Positions 60,178 to 64,000 of a DNA stretch of 64,000 bases are shown here, piece by piece; position 1 is the first letter of the stretch; the number at the start of each line of letters is the position of its first letter. The DNA is from Selaginella moellendorffii. Taxonomy: Eukaryota > Plantae > Lycopodiophyta. The notes under the pieces are model-generated. The model did no database searches. It had not been told where the DNA came from and saw nothing but the letters and a program-made list of their open reading frames with translations. A program made the translations under genes and the position numbers. Location of the stretch: contig NW_003314306.1 of the NCBI RefSeq assembly GCF_000143415.4, positions 714,897 to 778,896 of the forward strand. Reading direction: 5' to 3'.

Positions 60178-63100
60178 TTTGTGTGATGAACTTCACAAAC
60201 GAGGAGATCACTCATGCAGACAAAGTTAGCTCCATCATTAACTTAATGGTGGGACTTGCGGAGGTGGAATCTTCAGTCCACTATATGATCTACGACTCCG
60301 AATCCTATCACAAGTTCTGGAAGGCCTTAAACGAGGTGAAGGCTCAGTTGAAAGGCAAGGAGATGCGGGAGATCCATGGGATAATGGCTAAGAAGAAGAT
60401 ACCGACGAATGTCCGCATCTTCACACTCGCCCTTGTTATTGGTCCTGCAGCAGAGTGGGACTGGAGTGACTTCCCAGCTTCGTTCGACAAGGCCAATCGA
60501 ATTGATCTGAGGGAGGTCAATTTACCCGTGCCTGAGGAACTGAAGACGGCTATGGAGCTTTCGAATCCAAAGAAAGCTCCAGGTGCAGCATGGGAAATGC
60601 TCAGCTGGGTCTTCAACACAATAGCGGGTGGGTCACCTGCTTCCAACTCCAAGGGCAAATGCGTTGTCGAGTACAACTGCAGCGGACTATTCTTTCGAGC
60701 CGCACTACTCAAGGGTATCCCGTGTGTTGCGGTGACAAACTCCATTGAAGAGGTGACTTCAATGGAGCATATAATTACAGTTGCCAAAGAAAAACAATAT
60801 CTTCTCTGCGAACCTGGTGAGTACGCACTTTAAGTTTAAATGTTATCTCACAAGCTCTGTATGCAGGAGCGTGGCCACCCCCAAATGCTGAAACGGCGTT
60901 AACAGCTATTGTTGAAGATACCCATGTTGGGCCGAGCTCACAACCTGCACAAGGTAAGGTCACGTGAGGCCTCACGCCATTTTGATTATAGATCGTTGTG
61001 AATATTCAGACACGAGGACTGAAAAGCGCACTGGTGGCCCATCGAAAAAGGACAAACAGACAAGCAATAAGAAAAAAGGAGGTACAAATTATATTTGCAA
61101 TGGCGTGTGGTCTCATGCCATTCCTTGCAGGAGACACTTCTTCAAAGGCAAAACAGGCAAGCACCAGCCAAGCTCAAACTGACAGTGGTCATAAAAAGCG
61201 AAAGCATGTTGGACAATCGTTGGGATCAGAAGCGTTTGATTCGAAAAGGAAGAAGGGCAACGAAAAGATGATAGGTAATGCCTCGCGGTTATGGCGTGTG
61301 TGCTCATGCCATTCATTGCAGATCAAGGGTTGAGTGAAAGCAGGCAGTCACCACCTCCTGACTCAGATTCCTATGGCGGACTCCCCTTCCCCAATCTCAA
61401 TGGAGAGGTACAATGGATGAGGGATGTTTTTCAAGTCAGGGCCACGTTTTTCTCATCTCGTCGTCTTCAAAGGGTGCAAGAACGTGCAGAAACCATGTTA
61501 AGACAGTCGGGTGAGGATACGGTCCTAGGTCACGCACTAAAACAGGCTATGGATGTCTTGTATTTTGAGATGGAGACTCGGCCAGATGATTTTCCCAAGA
61601 TGGTTCTGGAAGAACAAGCCATCCAGCCTGAGCAGCCTATGGAAGAAATGCAGGAGGGGGATGAGGAGCCAGAGAAAGATAATGAGCAGGAAGAGCAGAA
61701 GGACGAAGAGGAGGACAAAGAAGAGGAGGATGAAGAAGAGGAGGACGAAGAGGACTTGGATGGTCCTCACAATGGTGACGATCACAATAATGACGACGAC
61801 GATGATGACGACGATGGCCAGCCTGAGGTGGCCAAAGAGCAGCGGAGGAAGGTCATACAAGACAAACCATCAAGTAAATAATAGTACATCCATTCCTAAC
61901 CTTTTACCATTTCTAACATTGTCCATGTAGGTCGTAGAGCAAATGGTAAGTAGAGATTATTCAGTTGAATTAAGATACAAACTCTAGCCTTTAGTGTCGA
62001 GGAAGGATAGTGCCAAGCAAGGGTCGAAACGTATGTCCAATCCTTCAGAATCAGCAGTGTGCCCAAGTGATATCGGTCTTAGTTCCTCAATAGCAGTTGA
62101 TGGTAAATACAATATAGTCGATTCAATGTGCTAATGAGTTTGTTTTTAGTAGCACGGGAGGATACCATCTCAATCGAAGGGAGATATTTGGACATGCATA
62201 TGGATCCGCCAGTGGACTCTACTTGCCTGCAAGAGTCATCAGAGCTGGTGGAGGCTACTATCCATATCAGCGCCAAGCAAGCTGACCACGCTCCACTTGA
62301 TGCTGCCCATACCACTGAGTCAATCTTGTCCACGTATCCAACTGACGGTGACCAGGCGCCATTGGACCCGCATGAGGCCGCCCCAGCCGTTGAGCCGGTC
62401 GTATCCTCATTTCCAATGGACTCAATATGTGCCCAATCGTCTGACTACGCGCTGTTGGAACCTCCCTACACCGCCCCTGCTGCCTGTTCGGTCATGTCCA
62501 CTTTGCCAACGGAGGCACCAGCTGAAATGGCGTGTGATCACACGCCATCGGAACCACCCCATGCCACTGTTGAGCCAGTTGTACCAGAGTCTACAGCTGA
62601 AATGGCATGTGCCCACACGCCATCGGATGCAATTGACCCCACATTGCAGAGGAGAGTATTTCTGCCCTTCACATTTCCTCGACCAAAACCCTCTCAACGA
62701 CCATCGGGAGCACCATTCGCTAATATTGTAGATGGTAAAATTGACTTGTACCATTTTTTATGCTGACGCATTTCATTTCAGAGTCATGGCGAAGGTACTG
62801 TATCATTTTTTATCTGAACGGTGTCCTTTTCTCCCATGAGCGTGGCTCGTCCTCGAATGTCATTGCACCCTCCAAAGCCTGCGGTCGCAAGTTGGTCAAA
62901 AAAGACAGATTCACATTAATCACACGGGAGAAACTGCGGGATCTAATAATGACCATGCGACACTTAAAACAGAGGGCCGGGTTCAATTTGCAATTGGGAG
63001 TTTGGACATCCATGATGCGCCACAATGCATTAACGTTGCTACAGATGATGCACGATCAGACGCGAGTAATATTACCATTTGACTTTCTCCTAACGCAGGA

Positions 63101-63644
63101 GGATTGCTTGACTATGGTCCATGTGAGGGGTAGCAAGCCCATCTTCATCAAGCCAGAGGCTGTAGTGATGAACCAGACTGCTAGCTCAAGTGAAATCCTC
63201 ATCATCAATGACTCGCCGATTAAAACTGCAGCGAACACGCACACATATGCAGTGCACCCCATCTCTTGCAGTATGGAAACTAGGGAGAAGAAACCATATG
63301 TTCTGGGGGACCTTGCAAAACGGCTTGGAGCGATGGTGATAGAGAACCGGCCAGTCCAGGAGGTGGCTGCAGAAATCAACCAAATGGCAGATGGAACGGT
63401 ATATCAGAAGCCATTTGATCGGACAGACACCAGTCATCATTTATAGCATGTATATTGTCTAGCCAAGCACTATCCACATCTCCATAATCTGCTCAACCAG
63501 ATGGGTTCTTCGACCACTGAACATGAGCGTGGACGTATTAGAGAAGAGATGGCATTACTATTGGGTTTAAATCCTGATAGTGTGGAGAGTGATGAAATTC
63601 CAAGATTATTGTATAGGCGTTGGAGGCAAAAAATAACAGTCTGA
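60178..63644 (+). pseudogene. 5'-truncated cargo gene of copy 2 (MTase-like C-terminal part, linker exons, HAD phosphatase; stop at 63444)
   Basis: Eight GT-AG introns (60817-60866, 60954-60991, 61082-61130, 61275-61321, 61874-61930, 61946-61994, 62103-62149, 62735-62781) join the ORF pieces in one frame. Confidence 0.82.
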
Positions 63645-64000
63645 GATGGCATGTATTTATTTTAAAATGTAACTTATTATGGCATGGGGTTCCATGCCAT
63701 TGTATTAATATTAAAAGACAATTCTTTGAGAGGATTTGCATTATACTAGAAGTGTTACAGCATGTTATTGGAAGTCTACGAAGTTGTTTTATTAATAAGG
63801 GGAAAGTAAAGATTGAATGGGGACTTGGGCTCCACCTAGACTCGGAGCAACTGAGCCAATATTAAAAGGATGGAAAGAAATTGGACGATGATGACAAGGA
63901 GAAGAGAGAGGTGAAGCAGTGGCAGGGGGAGGAGAAGTGATTGAGTAGACATTTCCTTGTTTAAAATAAAATGGCATGTGCCTCAATGCAGTTGAATTTT

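Larger units (their letters stand above)
57239..64000. mobile_element. Second copy of the large TIR DNA transposon, inverted relative to copy 1 and internally deleted; far end lies just outside the window
   Basis: TIR AAGCTTTATTTCGTTAAAGTGGGA at 57239. Sequence is the reverse complement of 40932-40250, ~39395-37175 and ~31338-27517. Confidence 0.93.

Overview
Eukaryotic plant genomic DNA. The compact genes with ~40-70 nt introns and the gene set suggest a lycophyte such as Selaginella (inference). Bases 1-18 kb are gene-rich: a head-to-head pair of secreted Cys-rich/Hedgehog-type Hint (Hog) genes, a SERK/BAK1-type LRR receptor kinase, a second receptor-like kinase, a DUF616 glycosyltransferase-like gene, a Ser/Pro-rich repeat ORF and an ABCE/RLI gene. 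Bases 18-64 kb are a nest of transposons: a decayed copia, a rearranged chromodomain Ty3/gypsy element, two copies of a non-autonomous LTR family, a Cassandra-like TRIM with a 5S rRNA-derived segment, and two copies of a large TIR DNA transposon. The best candidate for an undescribed system is this 13.5 kb DNA transposon (27431-40932; deleted second copy from 57239 to beyond the window end). It carries a DDE transposase and, divergently, one long spliced gene joining a ParB-like domain, a degenerate DNA amino-methyltransferase-like fold and an FCP1-type HAD phosphatase. It also holds about 25 dispersed copies of a 22-bp palindrome (ATGGCRTGNGGCCNCAYGCCAT) in introns, exons and intergenic DNA, reminiscent of parS sites. 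All domain calls are by-eye motif recognition; no searches were run.
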